A stretch of 64,000 bases of DNA from Elusimicrobia bacterium GWA2_61_42 (GTDB taxonomy: Bacteria > Elusimicrobiota > Elusimicrobia > Elusimicrobiales > UBA9959), in the NCBI GenBank assembly GCA_001799615.1, contig MGTU01000027.1:27451-91450 (forward strand), given 5' to 3'. Under the pieces are notes generated by a model. It was not told where the DNA came from, did not search any database, and saw only the letters and a list, made by a program, of their open reading frames with translations. Below, one piece after another: positions 35,172 through 47,034 of the stretch (position 1 is its first letter; the number at the start of each line of letters is the position of its first letter). Both the position numbers and the translations under genes were made by a program.

Positions 35172-36085
35172 AATTCAAGATTCGGGCGCAGGATGAGCTG
35201 GAAACTGCTGGGCGTTTTTATTCCGGCCGCTGAAGAAAGCGGGCCGGAATATTTTTTATCGGCCGTCCAGACGAAACCCAGGCCCAGGGTGAAGGCCATC
35301 CTGGACTTTTTCATGGGAAATTTCTTATCCAGTACCAGGTAGTGCCTGAGAGGCTCGAATTTTTTCTGCGAGAAGTCGGAGACGTATTCGAAGCCGCTGT
35401 TGTGCAGCCAGAAGCTGCCGCCCTTTTGCTTGAAGTCCGTCCTGCTGCGCCGGAAACCTATAAAAAAAGAGTCGGCTATATAGCGGCTCTCGTGGAACTT
35501 GGCGCCGCCGCGGAAGCTCCAGCGGAGGCTCCTGTCGGCCAGGATCTGTTCCCCTTTCAGCTTGCCTTCCAGCTGCATCCAGTTGTCCCTGACCAGGGTG
35601 TTGTTCTTTATATGGTGCGTGCCCAGGTCCAGCAGCAGGCCCGAATAGCCGTTGCGTTTGCCCTGAAAAGACTTGTTTATGGTGTCGAACGAGACCACGT
35701 TCCCCAGGAAGAAAGAAAGCGCCCAGGGCTCCTCGAAGCCCGCCGTGGCGGCCTGCACGGCGTTGAAATTGCCGGACCACTGCATGTTTTCGTAAAAGCC
35801 CGGCTGGTGCCTTTTTATAAGCGTGCCGGCGTAGGGCAGGGGGTTCAGGCTGGCCTCCACGATCAAAGTGCGCGGCTGGTAGAATTTGCTGATGAGCTCT
35901 TTGTAGATCTCGGCTTCGGAGTCCACCTCGAGGTGCTGGATCGGCTTGCCGGTGAGGCTGTTGTAGACGCCGAAGGCGGAATAGTAGGGGTCCAGCTCTA
36001 TCTCGACCGTGGTTTTCTTCTCGGGGGCGTCTTGGGCGGCGGCGAAGGAGGAGCACAGGAGCAGAGCGGTGAACAGTAGTCTCAT
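35168..36085 (-). CDS. hypothetical outer-membrane/periplasmic protein
   Basis: 305 aa. Signal peptide MRLLFTALLLCSSFAAAQD. Aromatic-rich alternating pattern and C-terminal ...ILRPNLEF (terminal Phe), suggestive of a beta-barrel. Confidence 0.55.
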   Translation of the reverse strand: MRLLFTALLLCSSFAAAQDAPEKKTTVEIELDPYYSAFGVYNSLTGKPIQHLEVDSEAEIYKELISKFYQPRTLIVEASLNPLPYAGTLIKRHQPGFYENMQWSGNFNAVQAATAGFEEPWALSFFLGNVVSFDTINKSFQGKRNGYSGLLLDLGTHHIKNNTLVRDNWMQLEGKLKGEQILADRSLRWSFRGGAKFHESRYIADSFFIGFRRSRTDFKQKGGSFWLHNSGFEYVSDFSQKKFEPLRHYLVLDKKFPMKKSRMAFTLGLGFVWTADKKYSGPLSSAAGIKTPSSFQLILRPNLEF

Positions 36086-36123
36086 AAGACAGATAATTTA
36101 GCATTTTTGCTATACTTTTCCCT

Positions 36124-37569
36124 ATGAAAACCTGCCTGACCGCCGCTTTGTTGATATTGTTCGCGCGCAGCCTGCACGCTGGGCAGTTCGATAAAGAAAT
36201 AAAGGAAATGGCCTCGGCGTCCGGCATAAAGAACTCCGCCTGGGGGCTGAGCGTGAAGGACGCCGCCACCGGGAAGACCGTGGCCGAGCTGGCGCCCCGG
36301 ATGAACCTGGTGCCGGCCAGCATCCTCAAGGTTTTTGTCACCGCCGCCGCGCTGGACCGGCTGGGCCCGGAACGCCGGCTTACGACGCGCCTTTACTACG
36401 ACGGCAAGATCTCCAACGGCTTCCTTAACGGGAATATCTATATCAAAGGCGGGGGGGATCCTTCCCTCGGCTCCCAGCTGGTTAAAGGCGCCCTCCCGCT
36501 GGACGATATTTTCAAGGCCTGGGCGGAAGCCGTGAAAGCCGCGGGGATAAACGTGCTGAACGGCGCCGTGGCGGGCGACGAGTCCGCTTTCGAAAGCGTG
36601 CAGCCGGGCTCCTGGTCCTGGGAAGATATCGGCAACTACTACGCCGCCCAGCCTTCGGCCCTTACCGTCAATGACGGGCTGTATAAGCTTTATTTCAAAC
36701 CCGCCGATAAAGAGGGCGGGGAAGCGGCCGTGCTGCGCACCGAGCCGTATATCGACGGGTTGAAGTTCGAGAACCACATGAAGACCGGCCCCGCGGGTTC
36801 CGGCGACAACGGCTATATCTTCGCTTTCCCGGGGCAGTACCAGGCGGTGCTGCGCGGTTCTATTCCCCGCAACGGCGCGGAATTCGCCATAAAAGGCGCG
36901 CTGCCGGACCCCGCTTTTTTCGCGGCGCAGAGTTTCAGCTATTACCTGGCGAAGGCCGGCGTAAATTCCAACAAGAAGCCTTTCAAGGGCGCCTTGCCGC
37001 CGGGCCCCGGCGCCGTCCTGCTGACGGAGACCGCCTCGCCGCCGCTTAAGAACGTGGTGCGCGTCACTAATAAGCGCAGTTTCAACCTGTTCGCCGAACT
37101 GCTGCTCAGGCAGCTCGGCCTCGGGCGCGGGGCCGGCACTCCGGACTCGGGCAACGCCGCGGTCAAAGCCTACCTGGCCGAGAACGGGGTGGAAACTTCG
37201 GAACTGGACCTGGAGGACGCCTGCGGGCTTTCCCCGCGGAACAAGGTGAAGGCGGAGAATTTCACCGACCTGCTGAAGGCCGTCTATAAGAAGAAATATT
37301 ATCCCGAATTTTACGAGTCCCTGGTCTACCCGGGCGATCCGGACGCGACCGGCCACGTGCGCAACCTGGGAAAAGGCACGCCGCTGGAAAAGAACCTGCG
37401 GCTGAAGTCCGGCTCGCTCAACGGCGTGCGCTCCTACACCGGCTACCTGAAGACGAAAAAAGGCCGGACCCTGGTCTTTACTTCCATAATAAATAACTAT
37501 TCCGCGCCCGGAGCTTCAATGGATAAGCTGCACGAAGACCTGCTGCTGCGCCTGTATCACGGGAATTGA
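36124..37569 (+). CDS. dacB: D-alanyl-D-alanine carboxypeptidase/endopeptidase, PBP4 family (peptidase S13)
   Basis: Signal peptide. PASILKVFVTAAAL (SxxK). NIYIKGGGDPSLG. SFNLFAE (SxN). LKSGSLNGV (KTG-like). Confidence 0.85.
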   Translation: MKTCLTAALLILFARSLHAGQFDKEIKEMASASGIKNSAWGLSVKDAATGKTVAELAPRMNLVPASILKVFVTAAALDRLGPERRLTTRLYYDGKISNGFLNGNIYIKGGGDPSLGSQLVKGALPLDDIFKAWAEAVKAAGINVLNGAVAGDESAFESVQPGSWSWEDIGNYYAAQPSALTVNDGLYKLYFKPADKEGGEAAVLRTEPYIDGLKFENHMKTGPAGSGDNGYIFAFPGQYQAVLRGSIPRNGAEFAIKGALPDPAFFAAQSFSYYLAKAGVNSNKKPFKGALPPGPGAVLLTETASPPLKNVVRVTNKRSFNLFAELLLRQLGLGRGAGTPDSGNAAVKAYLAENGVETSELDLEDACGLSPRNKVKAENFTDLLKAVYKKKYYPEFYESLVYPGDPDATGHVRNLGKGTPLEKNLRLKSGSLNGVRSYTGYLKTKKGRTLVFTSIINNYSAPGASMDKLHEDLLLRLYHGN

Positions 37570-37581
37570 CCCGGCGGCTTC

Positions 37582-37610
37582 TTGACAATCCGGTGGTTTT
37601 TCAATAACCT
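37582..37610 (+). promoter_or_regulatory. possible promoter for icd
   Basis: TTGACA (37582-37587), 17 nt, TAACCT (37605-37610). 100 nt upstream of the icd ATG. Confidence 0.35.
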
Positions 37611-37673
37611 TAACATAGATTCAGGGTCAGTCGTTCAATCACATACTACAGTTGAGCTGCCGCCCGGGAGTGA

Positions 37674-39965
<2,292 letters not shown>

Positions 39966-39982
39966 CGGCCGCAGGCGCAAAT

Positions 39983-40015
39983 AAAAAGCCCCCGCTGAGA
40001 CGGGGGCTTTTTATT
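39983..40015. terminator. bidirectional rho-independent terminator (icd / macB)
   Basis: AAAAA-GCCCCCG(39988-39994)-CTGAGA-CGGGGGC(40001-40007)-TTTTTATTT. Confidence 0.85.
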
Positions 40016-40033
40016 TGGGCGGGAGCCCAGGGG

Positions 40034-41989
40034 CTATTCGTAGCGCAGGGCCTCGATGGGGTCGAGCATGGCGGCCCGCATGGCCGGCCAGAAACCGAAG
40101 CCTACGCCGATCAGGGTGGAGAAGCCGACCGCGAACGAGATGGTGCCGGCGCCCAGCGTCGGGGTTATCTTTATGAATAAATAGGCCAGCCAGCCAAGGG
40201 CGAACCCCAGGCCCACGCCCAGGACCCCGCCTATAAGGCAGAGCACTACCGCCTCTATCAGGAACTGGCTCAGGATGTCGGAGTTGCGCGCGCCCAGCGC
40301 TTTGCGCAGCCCTATTTCGCGCGTGCGCTCGGTGACGCTGACCAGCATGATGTTCATGATGCCGATCCCGCCCACCAGCAGGGAAATGCCGGCTATGCTG
40401 TAGACGACCATGGACATCTTTCCCATTACGCTCTTGAACGCCTCTATCTGCGCTTCGAAAGTGCTGACTTCGAAATCGTCCTTGGCGTCCTCGCGCAGGG
40501 TATGCGCTTCGCGCAGCGCCATAATTATCTGCCTGCGGGCTTCCTGCGCGTCGCCCGGCGCCGGCGCCATCACCTCGATGCGGTCCAGTTTGGCGGCGCC
40601 GAATACGCGCTTGGCCGCGGTGTTCATCGGGATATAGGCCGTAGCCCAGCCGCCGAAAAGACCTTCGGCTTTCGGATCCTCTGCCACGCCCACTACCGTG
40701 AAATTTATCCCGTTCACCCGGATCTCGCCGTTCACGGCCTCGCCGGTCTCGAACAGCTTTTTCGCCAGGGCCCGGTTGATAACGGTTACCCGTTCCCTGT
40801 TGAGGTTTTCCGCCCGGGTGAAAAACCGCCCGGTGATCCTGCGGTTCTCGAAGAACACGCCGCTGCGCCGCTGCTCGGTGGGGTCGAACCCTTCGTTAGT
40901 GGTGACGCTGGCCTGGACGTGCTTGTCCCCGGCGGAGATCTTCATCGAGCGGGTAAGCAGCGGGGTGACCTTGTCCGCCAGCGGCACGTCCGATTTTATG
41001 GTTTCCACGTCCGCCATGGTCAGGCGCCGCGGCTTCCTGCCGCGCTCGTAATTGGAGGTCACGATTATTTTTTTCGCAGCGTCCTCGCCGTTGTTGCTGA
41101 GTATGTCCTTCATGAAGCCTTCGCTGATGGTCATCAGCGAGATTATCGCGCCGACGCCTATAAGGATCCCCAGGATGGTCAGGGCGCTGCGCATCTTGTG
41201 GCTCCAGATAGCCTTGAACGCCACTTTCACCTGCTCGCCTAGTTCGGCCGCCGAGAAGCTCAGCCGGGCCGCGGGCAGCGCCGCGCCGGCCGTTCGGGCG
41301 GCGGAGGGGGGCCTGCGGGTTTCGTCCGAAACTATCAGGCCGTCCTTCATCCGCACCACGCGGCTCGTCATCGCCGAGATCTCGTCGTCGTGCGTTACTA
41401 TCACTACCGTGAGCCCGCGTTCGTTGAGGCCCTTGATCACCTGCATGACCTCCTGGCGGCTCGCCGCGTCCAGGTTGCCGGTAGGCTCGTCGGCCATAAC
41501 CACCAGCGGGTCGTTGACCAGGGACCTGGCTATGGCCACGCGCTGGCACTGGCCCCCGGAGAGCTCGTTGGACCTGTGCTTTACCCGGTCCGCGAGGCCC
41601 ACCAGGGACAGGCACTCCAGGGCTTTTTTCGGATCGGCGCCGAGCCCGGTGTATACCATGGGCAGCAGCACGTTGTCCCTGGCGGAGGTGCGCTTTAACA
41701 GGTGGAAGGACTGAAAAACGAAGCCTACCATGCGGCTGCGGATCGCGGCCAGGCGGGATTCCCCCAGGCTGGCCGTCGGGTGGCCGGCGAAAAAATACTC
41801 TCCGGCGTCGGGCCGGTCGAGAAAGCCCATGATGTGCAGCAGCGTGGATTTGCCGGAGCCGGACGGGCCGACCAGCGAGACGAACTCGCCGGCGTCTATC
41901 CGTATGGAGACCTCTTTGAGGGCTTCCACCCGGTAGGACCCGATCGTGTAGGTCTTGGAAACCCTGCGTATGTCTATGAGGGGGGGCAT
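40034..41989 (-). CDS. macB: MacB-type ABC efflux transporter (fused ATPase + FtsX-like permease)
   Basis: Walker A GPSGSGKST, signature LSGGQCQR, Walker B VVMADEPTGNLD. Followed by a periplasmic domain and a C-terminal 4-TM FtsX domain. Confidence 0.9.
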   Translation of the reverse strand: MPPLIDIRRVSKTYTIGSYRVEALKEVSIRIDAGEFVSLVGPSGSGKSTLLHIMGFLDRPDAGEYFFAGHPTASLGESRLAAIRSRMVGFVFQSFHLLKRTSARDNVLLPMVYTGLGADPKKALECLSLVGLADRVKHRSNELSGGQCQRVAIARSLVNDPLVVMADEPTGNLDAASRQEVMQVIKGLNERGLTVVIVTHDDEISAMTSRVVRMKDGLIVSDETRRPPSAARTAGAALPAARLSFSAAELGEQVKVAFKAIWSHKMRSALTILGILIGVGAIISLMTISEGFMKDILSNNGEDAAKKIIVTSNYERGRKPRRLTMADVETIKSDVPLADKVTPLLTRSMKISAGDKHVQASVTTNEGFDPTEQRRSGVFFENRRITGRFFTRAENLNRERVTVINRALAKKLFETGEAVNGEIRVNGINFTVVGVAEDPKAEGLFGGWATAYIPMNTAAKRVFGAAKLDRIEVMAPAPGDAQEARRQIIMALREAHTLREDAKDDFEVSTFEAQIEAFKSVMGKMSMVVYSIAGISLLVGGIGIMNIMLVSVTERTREIGLRKALGARNSDILSQFLIEAVVLCLIGGVLGVGLGFALGWLAYLFIKITPTLGAGTISFAVGFSTLIGVGFGFWPAMRAAMLDPIEALRYE

Positions 41990-41990
41990 G

Positions 41991-42953
41991 TTATTCGGCC
42001 GAGACGTTAAAGCCGAAGCGTTCCTTGGCGATGCCGGTGGAATAATAAACGGTGTCCTTTTCCGTCAGGCCGGAAAGCACCTCTATGCTCTTCTCGTCCG
42101 CGGGCCCCGTCTTTATTTTTTTCTCGGTCAGCTTGCCGGCCGGAGAATTCCTGACGGAGACGAGCGCGTCGCCGTCCTTGTATTTAACGGCCCGCTTGGG
42201 GATGGTAAGGGCGTCGGCCTTGGTGCCGGTTATAACCAGCACGTCGGCGGTCATGCCCGAGCGCAGCGCCGCGATGCGGCCGTACGGCAGTATCTTTACC
42301 TCGTAGCCGGTGACGCCTTCCTTCTGCGAGGATTCGTGCGAGATAGCCAGCACGCTGCCCGGGTGTTTGTCCTTGGGAAAAGCGTCCAGGTAGAATTCGG
42401 CTTTCTGGCCTTCTTTTACGGCGCCGATGTCGGTTTCATCCACGAAAGTCTTTACGATAAGGCGGTCGGAGATCACGGCCAGCTCCCTGGCGGAGCTTAC
42501 CGACTGGCCCGGCTCGGCGGCGCGCTTTACCACCATGCCGTCGATCGGCGCCACTACGGGCGTAAGGTTATAAGCCTCCTCCACCATCTTGCGCTCTGCC
42601 GGGGTGCTTTCCGTCATCTTGAGGGAGTCCAGCAGCGCGGTGCGTTCGCTGGAGCTTATCCAGGCCATGATCTGGCCTTTCTTCATGATCTGGCCCTCGG
42701 TGAAAAGGATCTGTTCCGCTCGCCCGCTCACCGAGGGCGTGATCAGCACGCGGTTCTCGGGTTCCACGCTGCCGGTGGCCTGGGTTTTAAGGGTCAGCGC
42801 GCCGCGCACGGGTTTTGCCGGGGTCAGGGCGGCTACCCTTTTGGCCTCGGCCCTGGCCCTTTTTGCCTTGAGGCCCGCGCAGCCGCCGCCCGCCAGCAGC
42901 ACCAGCGCCATGCCGAAGATGAATTTCTTTGTCCTGAAAAAAGGCTTTATCAT
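41991..42953 (-). CDS. macA: efflux periplasmic adaptor (membrane fusion protein, MacA/HlyD family)
   Basis: 320 aa. Lipobox-like LAGGGC. Barrel-sandwich/lipoyl motifs (GSVEPENRVLITPSVSGRAEQILFTEGQ, VVAPIDGMVV). Confidence 0.85.
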   Translation of the reverse strand: MIKPFFRTKKFIFGMALVLLAGGGCAGLKAKRARAEAKRVAALTPAKPVRGALTLKTQATGSVEPENRVLITPSVSGRAEQILFTEGQIMKKGQIMAWISSSERTALLDSLKMTESTPAERKMVEEAYNLTPVVAPIDGMVVKRAAEPGQSVSSARELAVISDRLIVKTFVDETDIGAVKEGQKAEFYLDAFPKDKHPGSVLAISHESSQKEGVTGYEVKILPYGRIAALRSGMTADVLVITGTKADALTIPKRAVKYKDGDALVSVRNSPAGKLTEKKIKTGPADEKSIEVLSGLTEKDTVYYSTGIAKERFGFNVSAE

Positions 42954-44186
42954 TTATTCTCCAAGGGACTGGATAAACGCCGCGTGGCTGGTGCTGAGGC
43001 CGCGGCCCGCCGCCAGGTACTGGTTCTGTTCGCTGATAAGCTGCTCTTCTACGTTGCGCCATTCGAAATAGGAGGCCTGCCCGGCCAGGTACTGCTTGCG
43101 CACCAGCCAGGCGCGCGCCGCCGCCGCGTCCAGGGAGCTTTTGGCCACGTCGAGGTAAGCGCGGGCTTCGCGCCAGGAATAGAACGCGTCCTCCGCGTTC
43201 AGGAAGATCTCGTCGCGGGAGTTCCTGAGCTCGGCTTCCGCGGAGCGCAGGGAGCTTCGGGCCGAGGCCAGGCCGGCCGAGAGCCTGCCTCCCGAAAAAA
43301 GCGGCAGGCTGAGGCTGGCCCCGAGGGACCAGCTGTTGGGGGCGGCCGGCCAGTCGGAGCCGCCCCACTTATAGCTGCCCGAGGCCGCGGCGTCCGGCAG
43401 TATGGAGCTTTGCGCGCCGTCTACGGCGGCTTCCGCCAGCGCGAACCGGGCGCGCGCGGCGCTGAGCGCGTTGTGGCTTTCTACGCGCGGCGTGAAAGAG
43501 TCAAAATCTTCCGGCGGCTCCGGGGGCAGCGGCAGGGAGAGCGCGGGCACGGCGGTCTGGGGCGGGCGGCTTAAAAGTCGGTTGAACTTGCGCTCGAGCA
43601 GGCGCAGGTTTTTCCTGTATTTCTCGTGCTGCCACTGGGCGGTTTTCAGCGCGGCTTCCGTTTCGAGGAGGGCGGCCTTGTTCTCCCGGCCGGCCTGGTA
43701 CTTCAGGCGCAGCAGCTCCAGGTTGTCGGAACGGCGGCGGAGGGTTTCCTGCGATAATTTTATGGTCTCGCGCGCGTTGAGCGTGTCGGCGAAGGCGGCT
43801 TTAAGCTGGTAGCGCAGCGCCGAGGCGATGCGGTCGCGGGCCGCCTGGGAAGACCAGGCCGCCGCCTTGGCGGAGCGCAGCGCGGCGGGCACGGCGGGCG
43901 CGAAGAGCGGCTGGGTACCGGAAAAGCCGTAGTTATAGGCGTCGCCGGCGGGCAGGCCCTGGGAGCCGGAGCGGTAATACGCGGCGTTAGCCGAGAAGCT
44001 GGGGTAGAACCCGGCGCGCGCGGCCGTCACGCGGTCCCGGGCGGCCTGGAGCTCCAGGGAGGCGGACACGGCCTGCGGGTTGGCCGCCAGCATGGCCTTT
44101 TCGGCCTGCTCGAAAGTAAGCGTTTCCTCGGAGTGCAGTAGAAGCGGCAGGGCGGCCAGGAGGGTTAAAGCGTGAAGCAGGCGCAT
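42954..44186 (-). CDS. TolC-family outer-membrane efflux channel
   Basis: 410 aa. Signal peptide. Two tandem OEP repeats with a coiled-coil pattern (LELQAARDRV..., YKWGGSDW...SLGASLSLPLFSGG). Confidence 0.85.
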   Translation of the reverse strand: MRLLHALTLLAALPLLLHSEETLTFEQAEKAMLAANPQAVSASLELQAARDRVTAARAGFYPSFSANAAYYRSGSQGLPAGDAYNYGFSGTQPLFAPAVPAALRSAKAAAWSSQAARDRIASALRYQLKAAFADTLNARETIKLSQETLRRRSDNLELLRLKYQAGRENKAALLETEAALKTAQWQHEKYRKNLRLLERKFNRLLSRPPQTAVPALSLPLPPEPPEDFDSFTPRVESHNALSAARARFALAEAAVDGAQSSILPDAAASGSYKWGGSDWPAAPNSWSLGASLSLPLFSGGRLSAGLASARSSLRSAEAELRNSRDEIFLNAEDAFYSWREARAYLDVAKSSLDAAAARAWLVRKQYLAGQASYFEWRNVEEQLISEQNQYLAAGRGLSTSHAAFIQSLGE

Positions 44187-44251
44187 AATCCAATTTTACT
44201 ATATTCCCCGCGGCCGCTGCGGTACCCGGTCCGCCGCGCCCGTTCTTAAAT

Positions 44252-44283
44252 AAAAAGCCCGCGCTGCCGGGCGCGGGCTTTTC
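44252..44283. terminator. rho-independent terminator downstream of nrfA (minus strand; A/T runs on both sides)
   Basis: AAAAA-GCCCGCGC(44257-44264)-TGCCGG-GCGCGGGC(44271-44278)-TTTTC. Confidence 0.8.
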
Positions 44284-44300
44284 AGGGGCCTGAGGCGATC

Positions 44301-45743
44301 TTAGAAGTTTTCCTGGACCTTAAAGGGATCCTTGACCTCCACGGTGCGGTCGAAGTTCAGTTTCTTCTTGCCGCGGTTTTCCAGGTACTTGCCCAGCTCC
44401 AGGTCCAGCCTGGCCGGGGCGGGCGCGCCCGCCTGCGCCAGCGCCTGCCGCAGCAACCCTTCAGCTTTGCCGGCGAAATACGCCGCGTCGCCCAGCACCC
44501 GCAGCGTTTCCGGCGGGTTGTGGAAGCCCATGGAGTTCTCCGCGCCTATGAAGGTCACGCGGTAGAACGCTTCTTCGTAGTATTCCTTCGCCCGCGCGTA
44601 AAGCGCCTGGTCCACCTTGCGGCCGTCCTTCGAGGCTTTGTTGGCGCGCTCGAAAAGCTTGGCCGCCGCGGCCGTGGCGTAGCCCGCGCGCAGCTGCAGC
44701 GAGGCCGTGCGGTCCTGTATCGCCCTGACCCTTTCCAGCAGCCAGTCCTTGCCCTGTGAATGGCACTGGATGCAGGCCTTCATATCTTTCTTGAGCGGGC
44801 TCATTACGCGGTGGTCCGAGATCTTCTTGGAGCCGGCGCGCGTATAGGGCATGTGGCAGTCGGCGCAGGCCAGCCCCGCCTTCCAGTGCGTGCTCGCGTT
44901 GGAGAACAGCTCGAACTCGGGGTGGCGCAAAAAGCCCAGCTTGAAGCCGGTTACGGCTTGCGTCCATTCCAGGTGCGCCGGGTCGCTCTTTATCTTCCTG
45001 ATAATGGCCTCTATGGAGATGTTGCCGTACTTGGAATTCTGCCAGGGGAAGAAAACCCCGGTGGAATGCATCTGCTTGTCCTTGGGGATGACGTAGGTGA
45101 CGTGGCACTGCGCGCAGACCAGGCTGCGCATCTCCTGGTTGGAGAGCTTGGCCGTGTCCACGCCCATGTCCCTGAGCGCTTTGCCGAGCGTGAAGTCGTT
45201 CTTGAGCTTCAGCGCCATGTCGGCGGGCTCGTGGCAGGTGATGCAGGCCGCGCCCAGTTCCCGGTGGTTCTTGGGAATGAGCGCGTGGATTTCGTCGAAA
45301 GGCTTGGAGAAATAATCCCTGCCGTGTTTCTCCTGCAGCTCCTGGGCGTAGGGGGTCTTGCAGGTAAGGCAGACCCCGCCCGCCTTGCGCCTGGCCGGGT
45401 CCACTTCCAGCACGTCCGTCAGCATGTGCATGTGGCCGCGCGGCTCGTTGTACTCTATGCCGAACCCCCAGCCGGAGAACAGCAGCGGCATGTAGGGGAA
45501 CTCGGAGAGCTTGTCGTAGATCTTGCCGTCCGTGTCCCAGCCTTTCTTGTAAAAACTTTTGCCGGCGGGCGTGGGGTTGGCCGTGGCTTCCCAGCCCTCG
45601 TGCTCCAGCGGGTAATTCTTGGCCCACTCCTTGGGTTCGTATTCTCCCGCTTTTATTTCGGTCACCTTTATCGGTTCGGCTTTTTTGGAGCAGGCCGCCG
45701 CGAAGAGCAGCAGCAGCGGCGCGGTTAAGATCAGCTTTTTCAT
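44301..45743 (-). CDS. nrfA: pentaheme cytochrome c nitrite reductase NrfA
   Basis: Start at ATG 45743 (lipoprotein-like signal MKKLILTAPLLLLFAAACS). Heme motifs CLTCK (diagnostic CxxCK), CITCH, CAQCH, CADCH, CIQCH. The track ORF extension to 45971 lies inside nrfH. Confidence 0.93.
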   Translation of the reverse strand: MKKLILTAPLLLLFAAACSKKAEPIKVTEIKAGEYEPKEWAKNYPLEHEGWEATANPTPAGKSFYKKGWDTDGKIYDKLSEFPYMPLLFSGWGFGIEYNEPRGHMHMLTDVLEVDPARRKAGGVCLTCKTPYAQELQEKHGRDYFSKPFDEIHALIPKNHRELGAACITCHEPADMALKLKNDFTLGKALRDMGVDTAKLSNQEMRSLVCAQCHVTYVIPKDKQMHSTGVFFPWQNSKYGNISIEAIIRKIKSDPAHLEWTQAVTGFKLGFLRHPEFELFSNASTHWKAGLACADCHMPYTRAGSKKISDHRVMSPLKKDMKACIQCHSQGKDWLLERVRAIQDRTASLQLRAGYATAAAAKLFERANKASKDGRKVDQALYARAKEYYEEAFYRVTFIGAENSMGFHNPPETLRVLGDAAYFAGKAEGLLRQALAQAGAPAPARLDLELGKYLENRGKKKLNFDRTVEVKDPFKVQENF

Positions 45744-46261
45744 TGTTTGTCCTCTCTTGCGTTCAGCGTTCCCTGCCGCTTGTGCCCCGCGGCGCGGTGG
45801 CAGTCGATGCAGGCGCGCTTGTTGTCCACGTGGGCCACGAAGTCCTCGTGGCAGCGTATGCAGTTGCTCTGCAGCACCTTGTGCCCGTGCGCCGAGAGCG
45901 CTATCTCGTCGTGCTCGCGCAGGCCCGAAAATTCGTAAAAGACGTCCTTGTTGCCGTCTATGCTTTTCCACAGGTAGTGGTTGGCCGCGTTGTTGTTGGG
46001 CAGGTGGCAGTCTATGCAGCGGGCCTGCCGGTGCGCGGAATGCTCCCAGGCCTCGTGCTGGGGCTTCATGGAGTGGCAGAGCCCGCAGAACTCCGGGGTT
46101 TCGGTCAAACCTATCAGGTGCGGGGGGCCGAACAGGGCGAACAATACGGCGAAACCGGCCGCGCCAAAGATCACGGCCGCTTTCAGCAGTACGGCCCGCC
46201 GTTCTAGGACGAAGGCTTCGGCTTTCTCGAGAATATTTTTAATTAGGTCTCTTCTGCTCAT
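45740..46261 (-). CDS. nrfH: tetraheme cytochrome c quinol dehydrogenase NrfH (NapC/NirT family)
   Basis: 173 aa from ATG 46261. N-terminal TM helix. Four CxxCH motifs (CGLCH, CIDCH, CIRCH, CIDCH). ATGA overlap with nrfA. Confidence 0.9.
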   Translation of the reverse strand: MSRRDLIKNILEKAEAFVLERRAVLLKAAVIFGAAGFAVLFALFGPPHLIGLTETPEFCGLCHSMKPQHEAWEHSAHRQARCIDCHLPNNNAANHYLWKSIDGNKDVFYEFSGLREHDEIALSAHGHKVLQSNCIRCHEDFVAHVDNKRACIDCHRAAGHKRQGTLNAREDKQ

Positions 46262-46263
46262 AC

Positions 46264-47034
46264 TCAGGCGTAGCTGTGCATCCCGCTCAGCAGGAAGTTC
46301 ACTCCAAAATAGGTGAACAGCACCAGCGCGAAGCAGAGCAGGAGCATTACGCTGAATTTGGCACCGAGCGGGCCTTTTTTGCGCAAGTGCAGGGCGGCCG
46401 CGTAGGCCAGCCAGGTAAGCAGGGACCAGGTTTCCTTGGGATCCCAGCTCCACCAGGCGCCCCAGGCCGTATTGGCCCAGACCGAGCCGGTTACGATGCC
46501 CAAAGTCAGGAAGGCGAAGCCGGTCCTGGCCAGGCGCAGCAGGAAGTCCTCGAAGATCTCCGCCCGCCTCTTTACCAGCGCCCAGGCCGCGGCCGCGGCC
46601 GCCAGCGCGAAAGCGGCGTAGGCGGCCATGGAGGAAAGCACGTGCAGTATCAGCCAGTCGGAGCGCAGCGCCGGCATCAGCGGGCGGGCCGTCCTGTCGA
46701 GCAGGGCGGCGGCCCCGAAGAGGGCGGAGGCCGCCAGGGCGGCCGCGGGGACGATCTCGGCTTTGCCGGTCTTGCGGTAAAAGTAGAAGGAAAGCGGGAA
46801 AACGAACCACAGCATGACAAGCAGGGATTCGTACTGGTTGGACAGCGGCGCGCGGCCGAGCTTCACCCAGAGAAAGGCCAGCCCCGCGGTGAGCGCCAGC
46901 CAGGCCAGGCCCAGCGCCGGCAGCGCCGCCCCGCCGAGGCGCGGTCTTTTAAAAGCGTAGGCGGCGGCGTGAACCGCCAGGGCGGCCAGGCAAAGCCCGA
47001 AAGCGGCGTTAAAACAGATTATTTGCGCAGCCAT
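46264..47034 (-). CDS. ccsA: cytochrome c biogenesis protein CcsA (System II heme handling)
   Basis: Start at ATG 47034 (MAAQIICFN...). Polytopic. Trp-rich WWD-type motif WANTAWGAWWSWDPKETWS. Confidence 0.88.
   Translation of the reverse strand: MAAQIICFNAAFGLCLAALAVHAAAYAFKRPRLGGAALPALGLAWLALTAGLAFLWVKLGRAPLSNQYESLLVMLWFVFPLSFYFYRKTGKAEIVPAAALAASALFGAAALLDRTARPLMPALRSDWLILHVLSSMAAYAAFALAAAAAAWALVKRRAEIFEDFLLRLARTGFAFLTLGIVTGSVWANTAWGAWWSWDPKETWSLLTWLAYAAALHLRKKGPLGAKFSVMLLLCFALVLFTYFGVNFLLSGMHSYA

Noticed and set aside
41955-43574. 539-aa + strand ORF opposite macA/tolC, and similar + strand ORFs at 40502-41714 opposite macB
   Set aside because: The minus-strand efflux genes carry clear ABC, MFP and OEP motifs. 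The + strand ORFs are shadows.
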